Positions 1 through 10,839 are shown, counted from the stretch's first letter. The stretch is 64,000 bases of DNA from SAR324 cluster bacterium (GCA_016735295.1 JAERRU010000003.1:64742-128741); one strand, 5' to 3'. Notes: a model not told the origin generated them from the sequence alone. Program-made: numbers and translations.

Positions 1-849
1 GTGAGCGTTAATCAAAGGTTTTACATTCTTTTTTTTATCATGAAGAGATTTATTTTGTCCCACCAAATATTCCATCGCATAGTGCACACCGGCTAAATTT
101 TTAATGCCCGGTATATCAAGCTCCCTTTGCTCTTCAGCTCCACAGCACAAGCATACTAAATCAAATTTAGAAAAAATATGTTCCTTAATATAAGCTCCAT
201 CTACTGTGCAATTGGCAATAAATTTTATCCCTTCTTGTTTTAGAATATTAATTCTCCTATCAATAACGGATTTATCCAATTTAAAATCAGGTATGCCATA
301 TCGCAAAAGCCCGCCAAAGTGAGGGTGTTTCTCAAAAACAACCACATTATGCCCAGCAATATTTAAATTATCTGCTGCCGCCATTCCAGCTGGCCCAGAG
401 CCGATAATCGCTATTTTGATATTAGACCGCTTAGTAACTATTTTAGGCTTGACCCAGCCTCGTTTAAACGCATTTTCAATGATTGATAGCTCAATATGCT
501 TTATCGCAACAGGCTTATCAATAATCGCCACTGTGCACGCCGGCTCACACGGAGCTGGGCAAATACGCCCTGTAAATTCAGGAAAATTGTTTGTTGATAT
601 CAGGCTATGATAGGCACTTTTCCATTGAGATTCATAAACCAAATTATTAAAATCAGGAATAAGATTATTCACCGGGCAAGCGTTATTGCAAAAAGGAACC
701 CCGCAATCCATGCATCTAGCCGCTTGTGTTCTGACTCTGTCATTCGTTCGGGGATGTATAAATTCTTTAAAATGCTTAATTCGCGAAAAAACTGGCTCTT
801 TGCGCATCTTTTCTCGCGGATATTCCATAAATCCCGTTAATTTTCCCAT
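1..849 (-). CDS. gltD: glutamate synthase (NADPH) small subunit, N-terminal 283 codons; the 3' end lies beyond the left window edge
   Basis: Not in the ORF track because it has no stop inside the window. The minus-strand ATG at 849-847 reads MGKLTGFMEYPREKMRKEP. In-frame translation of 420-361 gives IKIAIIGSGPAGMAAADNLN, a GxGxxG dinucleotide fold as in GltD. It lies 73 bp downstream of gltB on the same strand. The + strand track ORFs at 416-1112 are antisense shadows. Confidence 0.85.
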   Translation of the reverse strand, partial: MGKLTGFMEYPREKMRKEPVFSRIKHFKEFIHPRTNDRVRTQAARCMDCGVPFCNNACPVNNLIPDFNNLVYESQWKSAYHSLISTNNFPEFTGRICPAPCEPACTVAIIDKPVAIKHIELSIIENAFKRGWVKPKIVTKRSNIKIAIIGSGPAGMAAADNLNIAGHNVVVFEKHPHFGGLLRYGIPDFKLDKSVIDRRINILKQEGIKFIANCTVDGAYIKEHIFSKFDLVCLCCGAEEQRELDIPGIKNLAGVHYAMEYLVGQNKSLHDKKKNVKPLINAH

Positions 850-922
850 AATGATATTATTATTAATTGATTATATTATATATCATCCATTATCTATCCA
901 ACATCCCTTCCTTGCTACGCTC

Positions 923-3900
923 TTACGCCGATAAAATTTTGCGATATTCAAATGGTATCACCATCACAAAATCATGTATTTTTTTAGTGAAATTGCTAAG
1001 TATAAACTTAGTAATCTGGCTATTAGTTATCTCAAAATATTCGTTAAGCAGCCCCTTTAACTCATTTATAAAAATTCTATTTGTTATTTGTACTATTTCC
1101 ACCATGCTTTGATTGCAAGTGTCTTTAAAACTATTAGTAGGGTCATAAATATAAGCTATTCCCCCACTCATGCCCGCAGCAAAATTTTTCCCTGTTTTGC
1201 CTAGCACCACCACTCGGCCACCGGTCATATATTCACACCCATGGTCACCAACTCCTCCCACCACCGCATCACACCCACTATTTCGCACTGCAAATCTTTG
1301 CCCCGCCATCCCTGCAATAAAAACCTTGCCCGAAGTAGCTCCATAAAGGCAAGTATTGCCTACTATCACCGTTTTTTCAGTTTCATAAAGAGCACCTTTA
1401 GGTGGACAAATTATTATCTTGCCCCCAGATAATCCTTTACCTACATAATCATTAGCTTCACCTACTAATTTTAAACTTAATCCTTCAGGGATAAACGCCC
1501 CAAAACTCTGCCCTGCAGTGCCACATAAATCTATTTTAATAGTATCTTCCGCCAATCCCTTAGCCCCATAAATATCACTAATTCTGCCACCTAGCATACT
1601 ACCCACACAGCGATCACTATTTCTAATTATTTGGTTAGTTAAATGAGTTTTCTCCCCTTTTTGCAAGGTTTTTGCTGATTCTTTGATTAACTTTTGATCT
1701 AAAACGTCCTTTATATTGTTGTGATGCTTAGATTTATGGCGATAAGTATCAGTTTTTGACGCTACCTTGGTTAACAGCTTATTTAAGTTTATATTCATGC
1801 CCATATCTGAAATTAATGTTTTATCTTCCATTAAATGATCAGATTCACCCACCATATCCGCAAATTTAGCATATCCCAAATCTGCCATAATCTCTCGCAC
1901 ATCATGAGCAACAAACATTAGGTAATTCTTTATGTACTCCTGCTTGCCTCGATAGTTAGCTCGTAAATCCTTATTCTGGGTGGCTATCCCCACTGGGCAG
2001 GTGTTTAGATGGCATTTTCGCATCATAATGCAACCAAGAGTAATTAATAGAGATGTAGCAAAGCCAAATTCTTCTGCTCCTAGCATAGCCCCCACCACAA
2101 CATCATAGCCAGTTTTTAATTGACCATCAACTTGCAATTTAACCTTAGCTCGTAAATTATTAGCCACCAAAGCCTGCTGCACCTCAGCTAAGCCTATCTC
2201 CCAAGGAATGCCCGCATGTTTAATTGATGTGGCAGGAGAGGCCCCAGTGCCCCCGTCATAGCCTGCTACCACAATTCCATCAGCCTTAGCTTTCACCACC
2301 CCCGCAGCCACCGCTCCTATGCCTCTAGAAGAAGTTAATTTTACACTCATATCGGCTTTAGGGTTAACATTTTTTAAATCAAATATAAGCTGAGCCAAAT
2401 CCTCTATAGAATAAATATCGTGGTGCGGTGGAGGAGAAATTAAGGTTACTCCAGGGATGGTATGGCGTAATTTAGCTATATAATCGTCTATCTTAACCGC
2501 GTTTAGCTGGCCCCCCTCACCTGGTTTAGCTCCTTGTGCTATCTTGATTTGTATTTCATCAGCGTTAACTAAATAGTGACTAGTCACACCAAATCTTCCT
2601 GAGGCCACCTGCTTTATCGCACTTCTGCGTAAAACACCATCGTCTCCCACTTTAAATCTAGCTTCGTCTTCTCCCCCTTCACCTGTATTGCTTCTCGCTC
2701 CTATGCCATTCAAAGCAGCGGCTATAGTTTCATGCACCTCTTTGCCAATTGCCCCGATTGATATCGCCCCTCCACAAAACCTCTTTATGATAGATTCTGC
2801 TGATTCAACCTTGGCTAAAGGCAAAGAAGGTCGTTTTTCATAATTAAATTTAAATAATCCCCTAATTACACTGCCCCTTTTGGTGCTTCCATTAACCTTA
2901 GCTTTAAATTTATCATAAAGTGCCTGATCATTTTGCCACGCTGACTGCTGCAAAAGATGCACCGTATCTGGATTATAGGAGTGCTCCTCTCCTTGTTTTC
3001 GCCAATGATATTCACCTCCTGTTGATAAATGCGGTGCTCCCCTTTCTTGAGCTAAATAGACCGCTTTATGCTTTTTTATTATACCATCACCTAACTCATT
3101 TATCCCTATCCCCTCGATAGATGTTATTGTTCCTGTAAAGTGTTTATCAACAAATGATGAGCTTAGCCCTACCACCTCAAAAATTTGAGCTGCATGATAA
3201 CTTTGTAAGGTAGAAATACCCATCTTAGCAAAAATCTTTTTTAATCCTATTTGCACCGCCTTAATATAATTTTGATGAGCCTCATGTTCACTTACCCCAC
3301 TCACAGAATTGCCTATTACCATTTCCGAAATAGTCTCAAAGGCTAAATATGGATTAATCGCTCCTGCCCCATAACCAATCAAGCAAGCAAAATCATGTAT
3401 TTCTCTAGCCTCTCCTGTTTCTATAATCAAGCCCACCTTTCCCCTTTTTTTCTGACGTATCAAATAATGATGCACCGCTGATACCGCTAATAGCGAAGGG
3501 ATTGGTGCTTTATAATTAGAAAAATTACGATCACTAAGCACTATCAATCTATATCCTTCATCCACTCTCAATTCCACCTCTTTAGATAAATTATCCACCG
3601 CTTGATCTAAAGATATTTCGTAAAGTGAATAGCAAATATCTACTTCACAAGACCTAAAGGAGACATTTTCATAATTTCTTAACTGCTCTAACTCTGCATT
3701 AGTTAAAATTGGTTGCTTTATTACTAGTATATGGCAATTTTGTGAATTATCTTCTAATACATTATATCCACCCCCCACCACCGAACGCAAAGACATCACT
3801 AAAGATTCTCTAATCGGATCTATCGCTGGATTAGTTACTTGAGCAAAGGATTGTTTAAAATAATGAGATAGTGATTTTGTGAATTTTGATAATACGGCTA

Positions 3901-5449
3901 AAGGTGTGTCAGTGCCCATAGCGTGCGTTGCTTCAGCCCCCATTTCTCCCATAGATTTTAGCAGTAAATTTTTTTGCTCGCTAGTATAGCCAAATACCAT
4001 TTGCCTAGACTTTATCTCTTCCAAATCAGGCACATTAAGGGCGGCAGAGGCTGGCAAACTATCAAGCGTGATCATATTTTCTTCTACCCACCTTTGATAA
4101 GAATGTTGGCCTGCCACCTCTTGCTTGATCTGCCGGTCATAGATTATCTCTCCTTTACTAGTATCAACCATTATCATTTCCCCCGGACCTAGCTTGCCTT
4201 TATGCTTTATATCATTAATATCAATATCCAACACCCCTGCTTCTGATGCTAATATGAATTTTCCCCCCATTGTTTCTAAATATCTAATTGATCTTAACCC
4301 ATTGCGATCTAGCATCGCACCTATTTTTCGTCCATCGCAAAAAACCATCGCCGCTGGCCCGTCCCACGCCTCAAATAATGCTGAACCATATTGATAAAAA
4401 CTCTTTAATTCTAAATCTAAACCATCATCATTTTCCCACGCTTGCGGCATCATCAACAACAAAGCATGCTCAATTGAGCGGCCCGCCATAACCAGTAGCT
4501 CTAAAGTATTATCAAAAGCTGATGAATCGCTCGAGCCATCCATTATTATCGGAAATATTTTACTTAGCCTTGTGCCAAATAAATCTGATTGAATCTGGCA
4601 CTCTCTAGCATTAGAACGATTTATATTACCCCTTAAAGTGTTTATTTCCCCATTATGAGCTATTAACCGAAAGGGATGAGCCAACCCCCAACTAGGAAAA
4701 GTATTAGTAGAATACCTTTGATGCACTAACGCTAATGCACTCTCAAAAAGTGGGTCTTTTAAATCAGGAAAATACTGATAAAGCTGTTCTGAAATAAGCA
4801 TTCCCTTATAAACAATCCTTTGAGAAGAAATGAGCGGAATATAAAAATATTCCTTGCCCCCCATTTCACTTTGCCACGCCTTATTTTCTATTACTCGGCG
4901 CGCTATATAAAGATTTCTTTCAAAATTTTGAATGCTGCGGCTATTCTTTTTTATAATAAATTGCCTAATATCAGGCTGCATGCTTAGCATATTTGGCGAA
5001 AGGCAATCACCATTAGTCGCTACCCTAATCCAACCGATTAGCGTTAATTTTTCAGCGGCTAGGGCTTGCTCTATTAAGTTTTGATATGCTTTTGATTGCT
5101 CTTTATCAGGTGGCAAAAAAACCGTGCCTAGGGCATAATCTTGCTCATCTGGCAGATCTATTCCTTGCTCTTTCGCGATTTTTTGGAAAAATTTATGCGG
5201 TATCTGGGTGGTAATACCTGCCCCATCACCAGCTAGCTTATCTTCTCCTAACGCTCCACGATGCTCAAGATTTTTTAAAATCTCTAGGGCATCTTCAATT
5301 ATTTGATGTGATTTTTCACCAGATTTGTCAACCACTAAACCCACCCCACAGGCGTCTTTACCAGATTTTGGATCATACAATCCAAAAGGTTGGTTTATTG
5401 ATTTAATTTTGTTGCTTTTTAATATATCTTGCTCCATGCTGATAGCCAT
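923..5449 (-). CDS. gltB: glutamate synthase large subunit
   Basis: 1508-aa ORF. The N-terminal Ntn-amidotransferase start is ...DACGVGLV. The central FMN/Fe-S synthase region includes LISPPPHHDIYSIEDL and CHLNTCPVGIATQ. The C-terminal GXGXG beta-helix region includes GNTCLYGATSGKVFIAGMAGQRFAVRNSG. Length and domain order are typical of GltB. Confidence 0.95.
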   Translation of the reverse strand: MAISMEQDILKSNKIKSINQPFGLYDPKSGKDACGVGLVVDKSGEKSHQIIEDALEILKNLEHRGALGEDKLAGDGAGITTQIPHKFFQKIAKEQGIDLPDEQDYALGTVFLPPDKEQSKAYQNLIEQALAAEKLTLIGWIRVATNGDCLSPNMLSMQPDIRQFIIKKNSRSIQNFERNLYIARRVIENKAWQSEMGGKEYFYIPLISSQRIVYKGMLISEQLYQYFPDLKDPLFESALALVHQRYSTNTFPSWGLAHPFRLIAHNGEINTLRGNINRSNARECQIQSDLFGTRLSKIFPIIMDGSSDSSAFDNTLELLVMAGRSIEHALLLMMPQAWENDDGLDLELKSFYQYGSALFEAWDGPAAMVFCDGRKIGAMLDRNGLRSIRYLETMGGKFILASEAGVLDIDINDIKHKGKLGPGEMIMVDTSKGEIIYDRQIKQEVAGQHSYQRWVEENMITLDSLPASAALNVPDLEEIKSRQMVFGYTSEQKNLLLKSMGEMGAEATHAMGTDTPLAVLSKFTKSLSHYFKQSFAQVTNPAIDPIRESLVMSLRSVVGGGYNVLEDNSQNCHILVIKQPILTNAELEQLRNYENVSFRSCEVDICYSLYEISLDQAVDNLSKEVELRVDEGYRLIVLSDRNFSNYKAPIPSLLAVSAVHHYLIRQKKRGKVGLIIETGEAREIHDFACLIGYGAGAINPYLAFETISEMVIGNSVSGVSEHEAHQNYIKAVQIGLKKIFAKMGISTLQSYHAAQIFEVVGLSSSFVDKHFTGTITSIEGIGINELGDGIIKKHKAVYLAQERGAPHLSTGGEYHWRKQGEEHSYNPDTVHLLQQSAWQNDQALYDKFKAKVNGSTKRGSVIRGLFKFNYEKRPSLPLAKVESAESIIKRFCGGAISIGAIGKEVHETIAAALNGIGARSNTGEGGEDEARFKVGDDGVLRRSAIKQVASGRFGVTSHYLVNADEIQIKIAQGAKPGEGGQLNAVKIDDYIAKLRHTIPGVTLISPPPHHDIYSIEDLAQLIFDLKNVNPKADMSVKLTSSRGIGAVAAGVVKAKADGIVVAGYDGGTGASPATSIKHAGIPWEIGLAEVQQALVANNLRAKVKLQVDGQLKTGYDVVVGAMLGAEEFGFATSLLITLGCIMMRKCHLNTCPVGIATQNKDLRANYRGKQEYIKNYLMFVAHDVREIMADLGYAKFADMVGESDHLMEDKTLISDMGMNINLNKLLTKVASKTDTYRHKSKHHNNIKDVLDQKLIKESAKTLQKGEKTHLTNQIIRNSDRCVGSMLGGRISDIYGAKGLAEDTIKIDLCGTAGQSFGAFIPEGLSLKLVGEANDYVGKGLSGGKIIICPPKGALYETEKTVIVGNTCLYGATSGKVFIAGMAGQRFAVRNSGCDAVVGGVGDHGCEYMTGGRVVVLGKTGKNFAAGMSGGIAYIYDPTNSFKDTCNQSMVEIVQITNRIFINELKGLLNEYFEITNSQITKFILSNFTKKIHDFVMVIPFEYRKILSA

Positions 5450-5664
5450 TAACTTATACTAAAGATTTTATCTTATATATGTGTTCCCATCATCTGCTCA
5501 AGCCAGCTTGGAAGACTATCACCTTTTAACATATTTGACAAACCTTTGTTTTTATCAGAAATATAAAAAAATACTCGTTTATCATAAATTTTGCCTAACT
5601 ATGCCTTTAGTATTTATTTTATAGTAGATTTAATTATAACAAATAATTTTAGCTAAACTTAATT

Positions 5665-6627
5665 ATGCCTGAATTGGTTATTTTAGCCGCTGGTTGGGGT
5701 TCTAGATATGGTGGTTTAAAACAAGTTGATAGCTTTGGCCCTAATGGGGAAAGCTTGCTTGATTACGCCGTTTACGACGCTTGGCTTTGTGGGTTTTCAA
5801 AGCTACATATAGTGATTTCTCCTGAAATGGAAGATACTATTTCCCAAAAAATCAAAGAACTTCCTTTTTCTGCCCTAAATTGCCATATAATCGTGCAAAG
5901 CAAAACTGACGTCCCCCACCTAACCAAAAAAATAACTAGGCTAAAACCTTGGGGAACTGCTCATGCTCTATATGCTTGTCGTAACCATTTAACCACCCCT
6001 TTTGCCTTGATTAATGCTGATGATTTTTATGGTCGATTTAGCTTTAAGGCTACGTATGATTTTTTAACATCAACCAAATCCACTACTAATGATTATAGCT
6101 TAGTTGGATTTCGTTTAGCTAATTGTCTATCTAAAAATGGAGTGGTTTCTAGAGGTATTTGCCAAGTTAAGCAAGGTAAATTGCTGGGGATAAGCGAAAG
6201 ATTTGGATTAAAGAAAAATCTAGATAATATAATACTTGATGAAGCGGGTGCTAGCTATAGCGGTGATGAAAAAGTATCTATGAATTGTTGGGGGTTCACC
6301 CCTCAGATATTAGATTTTTTAACGAAGGAATTTGATGTTTTTCTTAATCACAGCCATGACCTAGCCAATCAAGAATTTATGCTGCCCACCGTAATTAAGA
6401 AGGCTATAGCAAATAATCTTTGCCAAGTTAAGGTGCTATCTGCTAAAAACAATCCTTTTGGTATTACTTATAAGGAAGATAAGCCCTTAGTACAAAAATT
6501 ATTGCTAGATCTTCACGCTCAAGGAGAATATCCACCATCTTTGAAATCTTATACTCAATCATTTGATGAATCAAAAAAAACTTTTACTCGGAGTTTGCGG
6601 AGGAATCGCTTGTTACAAAGCAATTGA
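5665..6627 (+). CDS. sugar-phosphate nucleotidyltransferase family protein (substrate unknown)
   Basis: The N-terminus MPELVILAAGWGSRYGGLKQ matches the NTP-transferase G-rich loop (LAAGxGxR). INADDFYG lies downstream. The 3' end overlaps coaBC by about 65 nt. Confidence 0.6.
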   Translation: MPELVILAAGWGSRYGGLKQVDSFGPNGESLLDYAVYDAWLCGFSKLHIVISPEMEDTISQKIKELPFSALNCHIIVQSKTDVPHLTKKITRLKPWGTAHALYACRNHLTTPFALINADDFYGRFSFKATYDFLTSTKSTTNDYSLVGFRLANCLSKNGVVSRGICQVKQGKLLGISERFGLKKNLDNIILDEAGASYSGDEKVSMNCWGFTPQILDFLTKEFDVFLNHSHDLANQEFMLPTVIKKAIANNLCQVKVLSAKNNPFGITYKEDKPLVQKLLLDLHAQGEYPPSLKSYTQSFDESKKTFTRSLRRNRLLQSN

Positions 6628-7750
6628 GATTGTTCGTCAATGCAAAAAAAATGATTTTTCGGTTAAGGTTATCTTAACCAAGGCTGCTCAAAAATTTGTT
6701 ACTCCGTTAACTTTTCAAAGTGTCTCGCAGCAAAAGGTTGCCCTATCTTTATTTGATCTGGATGAAGAATTTAATATTGGACACATTCAATTAGCACAAA
6801 ATTATCCTTTATTTTTAATCGCCCCCGCTAGTGCTAACATGATTGCTAAAATGGCTACTGGCCTAGCTGACGATCTTTTATCAACTGTTTTTTTAGCTAG
6901 TAATGCTAAAATATATGTGGCTCCAGCGATGAACAACTTAATGTGGCAAAACATAGTTGTGCAAGAAAATATTGCTAAATTAAAATCAAGGGGGGTAATA
7001 ATTATTCCTCCTGAATCTGGTTATTTAGCTTGCGATTCTATTGGTCCTGGCCGATTAGCTGCTATTGATAAAATAGTTCAGCAAATTTTGTCTGGCGATC
7101 ACCTTAATCAGCCGCTAAAAGGTAAAAAGATCTTGATAACTTTAGGGGGAACCATTCAACCTATTGATCCTTTTAGGTTTATCGGTAATGCGGCTAGTGG
7201 GAAAATGGGTTTTGAATTAGCTTTGCAATTGATTAATTTAGGAGCAGAGACCACTATTATAGCCGCTTTAACTAAAGATATACCCCCTCTTATCGCAGAT
7301 AAAGTGATTAACGTTAAAACTTCTTTGGAGATGGAAAAAGCTTTTTTTAGTCAGGCAAAGAATCAAGATATTATCATCAAAACTGCTGCTGTAAGCGATT
7401 ATCAAAGCGATTATTCTTCAATTAAAATCAAACAAGCCAATTTTTCTCTTAATTTTAGTAAAAGTACTGATATTTTAGCTAAATTTGGCGAAAATAAGCC
7501 TGATAATGTGTTTTTAGTAGGTTTTTCGGCAGAAACTGAAAATTTAATCAAAAATTCTCAGCAAAAATTGATAAATAAAAATTTAGATATGATAGTAGCA
7601 AATAAAATTGAGCCTACCGAAAGTGTATTAGGTTCTGATTATAATAAAGCTACTTTGCTTGGTAAAGATTTTCGTATTGATTTACCTAAAATGACTAAGG
7701 CGGCTTTAGCTAGTAAAATTATTAATAAAATAATTGAATTAAATAAATAA
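6563..7750 (+). CDS. coaBC: bifunctional phosphopantothenoylcysteine decarboxylase / phosphopantothenate-cysteine ligase
   Basis: 395 aa. The N-terminal flavoprotein motif is KKLLLGVCGGIACYKA, followed by PAMNNLMW. The C-terminal DFP ligase half includes ITLGGTIQPIDPFRFIGNAASGKMG and AAVSDY. Confidence 0.9.
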   Translation: MMNQKKLLLGVCGGIACYKAIEIVRQCKKNDFSVKVILTKAAQKFVTPLTFQSVSQQKVALSLFDLDEEFNIGHIQLAQNYPLFLIAPASANMIAKMATGLADDLLSTVFLASNAKIYVAPAMNNLMWQNIVVQENIAKLKSRGVIIIPPESGYLACDSIGPGRLAAIDKIVQQILSGDHLNQPLKGKKILITLGGTIQPIDPFRFIGNAASGKMGFELALQLINLGAETTIIAALTKDIPPLIADKVINVKTSLEMEKAFFSQAKNQDIIIKTAAVSDYQSDYSSIKIKQANFSLNFSKSTDILAKFGENKPDNVFLVGFSAETENLIKNSQQKLINKNLDMIVANKIEPTESVLGSDYNKATLLGKDFRIDLPKMTKAALASKIINKIIELNK

Positions 7751-7770
7751 TCGCCCTCAAATTATATGTT

Positions 7771-10125
7771 TTAGCCCGCTAGAGCTAACTTTTTATGATT
7801 CTCTGGTATGATATCGCTAAATTCATTTAGGCTATACAAAATAAGTTCAAAACAAGCTCTGGTAACCCCTGTATATAACAAATGCTTCATATACCGGCTC
7901 TTAGGGAAATCTAGTGAATTTACATCAAAGATAAATACATAATCAAATTCTAATCCCTTGGCATCTTCAATAGTGGTAACATCAATCCCTGGTTTAAAAC
8001 TAAATGCCTCATTTAATACTAGTCTTAAATCGGCTAGTTGAAAATAAGATAATTCATTATAAATATTTTGAGCAATATCTTCATTTAAGCACAACAGCGC
8101 AACGCTATACTGAGTGGTTGATTCGCTCAATAGCTTCAAGGTTTCATATAAATGAGTGCACATCGCTCCCCTTAAGTTAAATTGCCACAGCTTAACCGGA
8201 GGCCCCACCTTAGTGGGCATAGCTATTGATGCAGATTCTGTATTATCGGCTAGTAAATCTATCCCAAATTGCATTATCTGTTTAGTTGCTCGGTAGCTAG
8301 TGGACAAATGATTGGTGATTAATTTTTGCTCTTTAAAAAGAGATTTTAATTGATCTAGATGTGCTATACCTGTTTGGTTGGTGGTTTGTTGATGTAAATC
8401 CCCGCTTATCATTAAATTTCTAGGCTGTTTGGCTAAAGAAGATAAAAGGCTTATTTCCAATAAACTTAAATCTTGCCCTTCATCAATTAAGATAGAGCAA
8501 AAAGATATATTTTTACCCCTTAATTTTAGCTCTCCCCCTAATTGACGGTGCATATAAAGGAGAATTGCGGCGTCATCTTCATCTAAAGGGTTATGGGATG
8601 GTATTTTTTCTGATGATGAAATTTCTTCAGGCGAAGATAAAAATTTAGCTATTATCTGATCTTGGCAATGGAGATAATTATTTTTAAACCATTTTATAGT
8701 TTGCTCAGCCCCTCCAATTGAGCTTATATGCTCAATCTTCCTTATCACTTCCTCTAGCATAGAAAAATCACTAAAAAATAAATCCCAAGCTCTAAATAAA
8801 ATAGATCCTTCATTAGTCTCCATTTCCTGATCGCCTATACAGCTATTTAGAACCCTTTTTAAGCGCTGCATATTGGTTACCGAATAGTTAGATGGTGATT
8901 TATAATTTGTTATATTTGCTATCTTAACTAACGCTTTCAAAAAACCAAGTTTGGATAATTCTTTGATTAACTTGAGCATTTTATTATCATCAGCATCATC
9001 AATCGCTAAACTTTGGCGAATATTAGCCAATTGAGCACTTAAATTATTTATTTGTACTCGTAAAAATAAATCTAGAGCATCTTTTAATTCATTACTCTTT
9101 TTTACTCTAGTGGCGGATATCAAGGTATAATTATCAGGATTTACTCTGAAATGCTTGGCGAAGGTATAGTACAACAAATCACTCAAATAATCCTTGACTA
9201 CATAGGCTTGAGGATGAGATTTAGCATCTATCCCCGCTAAAATACTATCCAAATAGTGGGCAATTGATTTTCTTGAAGTAAAAATAGCCATCTGGCCAAG
9301 GTTAAATAAAGCAGGATTTTCCTGAGATAACCACACCAACCGATGTAAAGACATAGTAGTTTTACCTGAACCAGCTGTGCCAAAAGCTAGCACTACCTGA
9401 TTAATCGGGCTAATTACCGTTTGATATTGCTTTAAATTTAATAAAAGATTAAGTCGAGGTTGAAAATTTTTATGCTCTGTTTTCATTCCCAGTAGCACCC
9501 TTAACGACATTAAAACTTTATTAGGATTACTAGAAAAGGCAATTTTTGATTTTTGGAACCTAGGTGCTAATAATTTTATATTCCAATCTTGGCCATCAAA
9601 TAGCAATTGCTGATTATCAAATACTATATTTACTAATTCTCCTTTAGCAAATCTTAGAAAATAACGCTTTAAAATAATTCCTTCTCGCACTCTTCCCGCT
9701 AATTCTTCCGCAAAATCTTCTTCTACTCCATAATAAAAAAATAATCGACTAATCGGCGAATCCCGCCAATGTAATATCTGCTGGTCACCAAACCGGTAGG
9801 TACTATCCCCTAAAAAATAATTCTTTGTTACTCCTTTTTCTGAAAATGAGAAAAAAGCAAAATAAGGCCGGCGTGGGTTTATCCTATTATCCGCACTTTG
9901 GTCCTTCCTCTTAAGTAATGCCTCAAGAGTAGAAATTTGATCAATAACTTGAGCCTCATCTTGCCTAAGCGCTCGTTTACTCTTAATTTCAGAAAGTTGC
10001 TTCATTAAAGCCGCTCTAGTGCTATAAGCAGTATGAGGGACTAAAAAAGTATTTTTGAAATTTTTATAGCAGTCTTGTTGAAATTTTATTATCTCTAAGA
10101 CATTATCTGAAAGTATTATAGCCAA
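7771..10125 (-). CDS. helD: HelD-like (helicase IV / UvrD superfamily 1) helicase
   Basis: 784 aa. Walker A is FGTAGSGKTT, motif II is ILIDEGQDLS, and the C-terminus has GLEFDYVFIF and LLYTGVTRA. N-terminal aa 85-130 read RRPYFAFFSF...ILHWRDSPISRLFFYY, which resembles the HelD-type N-terminal signature as I recall it. Confidence 0.7.
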   Translation of the reverse strand: MAIILSDNVLEIIKFQQDCYKNFKNTFLVPHTAYSTRAALMKQLSEIKSKRALRQDEAQVIDQISTLEALLKRKDQSADNRINPRRPYFAFFSFSEKGVTKNYFLGDSTYRFGDQQILHWRDSPISRLFFYYGVEEDFAEELAGRVREGIILKRYFLRFAKGELVNIVFDNQQLLFDGQDWNIKLLAPRFQKSKIAFSSNPNKVLMSLRVLLGMKTEHKNFQPRLNLLLNLKQYQTVISPINQVVLAFGTAGSGKTTMSLHRLVWLSQENPALFNLGQMAIFTSRKSIAHYLDSILAGIDAKSHPQAYVVKDYLSDLLYYTFAKHFRVNPDNYTLISATRVKKSNELKDALDLFLRVQINNLSAQLANIRQSLAIDDADDNKMLKLIKELSKLGFLKALVKIANITNYKSPSNYSVTNMQRLKRVLNSCIGDQEMETNEGSILFRAWDLFFSDFSMLEEVIRKIEHISSIGGAEQTIKWFKNNYLHCQDQIIAKFLSSPEEISSSEKIPSHNPLDEDDAAILLYMHRQLGGELKLRGKNISFCSILIDEGQDLSLLEISLLSSLAKQPRNLMISGDLHQQTTNQTGIAHLDQLKSLFKEQKLITNHLSTSYRATKQIMQFGIDLLADNTESASIAMPTKVGPPVKLWQFNLRGAMCTHLYETLKLLSESTTQYSVALLCLNEDIAQNIYNELSYFQLADLRLVLNEAFSFKPGIDVTTIEDAKGLEFDYVFIFDVNSLDFPKSRYMKHLLYTGVTRACFELILYSLNEFSDIIPENHKKLALAG

Positions 10126-10266
10126 CTAACCACGCAGTATTTTGAAAAATAATAATAAAAAAATTATATCTAAATCGCACAAATTTTATATATATCTACT
10201 TACCTTCGGATTACAACTAATAATAGTTTTATTATTTTTTATTCTTTATTATAAATTGAAATAATC

Positions 10267-10839
10267 CTAACTTCCATCCCCATCACTAAATAACCCCAGC
10301 ATATAAGCAGCTCCAGCAGTGCCACAAGCCTCGTGATTAAATATGCACTTAGCTCTTCCTAAATACTTAGCTTTCGTATCAAAAAAATGCATATAGATGG
10401 CACTTCCAGCGTAAGATCCGAGCCAGTTACCACTTTTATCATATATCAACCGGTGGCGAGAGCGACCCACAATTAATTTTTGTTCGCTAGCATCTACTAA
10501 ATATAAAAATAGCCACCCTTTATCGTGATAATAGCCCGCCGATCCTTGTTTATCGCCATTAATATCATAAACTTCAACTAGCTTATTAAATATTTTCAGC
10601 GTTGCTTGTTTATTATGTTTATCGTCTTGTAACTCGGTAATAATAGGAAAGGGGCTAATATTGCTCCTTGCTTCTTTTTTATCTTGCCCATTTATCTTAT
10701 CAGAAAATATGATAATTGATAAAATAATTACTGCTAGAGCCTTTCTAATCGCTAAAATATATCTTTGGCATGTCTCATTTACACTCTTTTTTAAAAATAA
10801 AATATTTTTTAGCCTATTGCAGATGGGTTGATACATCAT
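10267..10839 (-). CDS. hypothetical protein with N-terminal hydrophobic anchor/signal (ALAVIILSIIIF)
   Basis: 190-aa ORF with one N-terminal hydrophobic segment. No motif recognised. Confidence 0.4.
   Translation of the reverse strand: MMYQPICNRLKNILFLKKSVNETCQRYILAIRKALAVIILSIIIFSDKINGQDKKEARSNISPFPIITELQDDKHNKQATLKIFNKLVEVYDINGDKQGSAGYYHDKGWLFLYLVDASEQKLIVGRSRHRLIYDKSGNWLGSYAGSAIYMHFFDTKAKYLGRAKCIFNHEACGTAGAAYMLGLFSDGDGS

Noticed and set aside
416-1112. Four + strand track ORFs (416-610, 607-840, 686-934, 867-1112)
   Set aside because: They lie antisense to the well-supported gltD and the gltB 3' end. Their sequences are low-complexity and hydrophobic with no motifs. They are shadow ORFs typical of AT-rich DNA.
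5450-5664. A sigma-54 (GG-N10-GC) or strong sigma-70 promoter for gltB, and a TTGACA at 5535-5540 for the + strand gene
   Set aside because: No GG-N10-GC match was found on the gltB strand. The TTGACA has only poor -10 candidates at 17-21 nt spacing. This is too weak to annotate.
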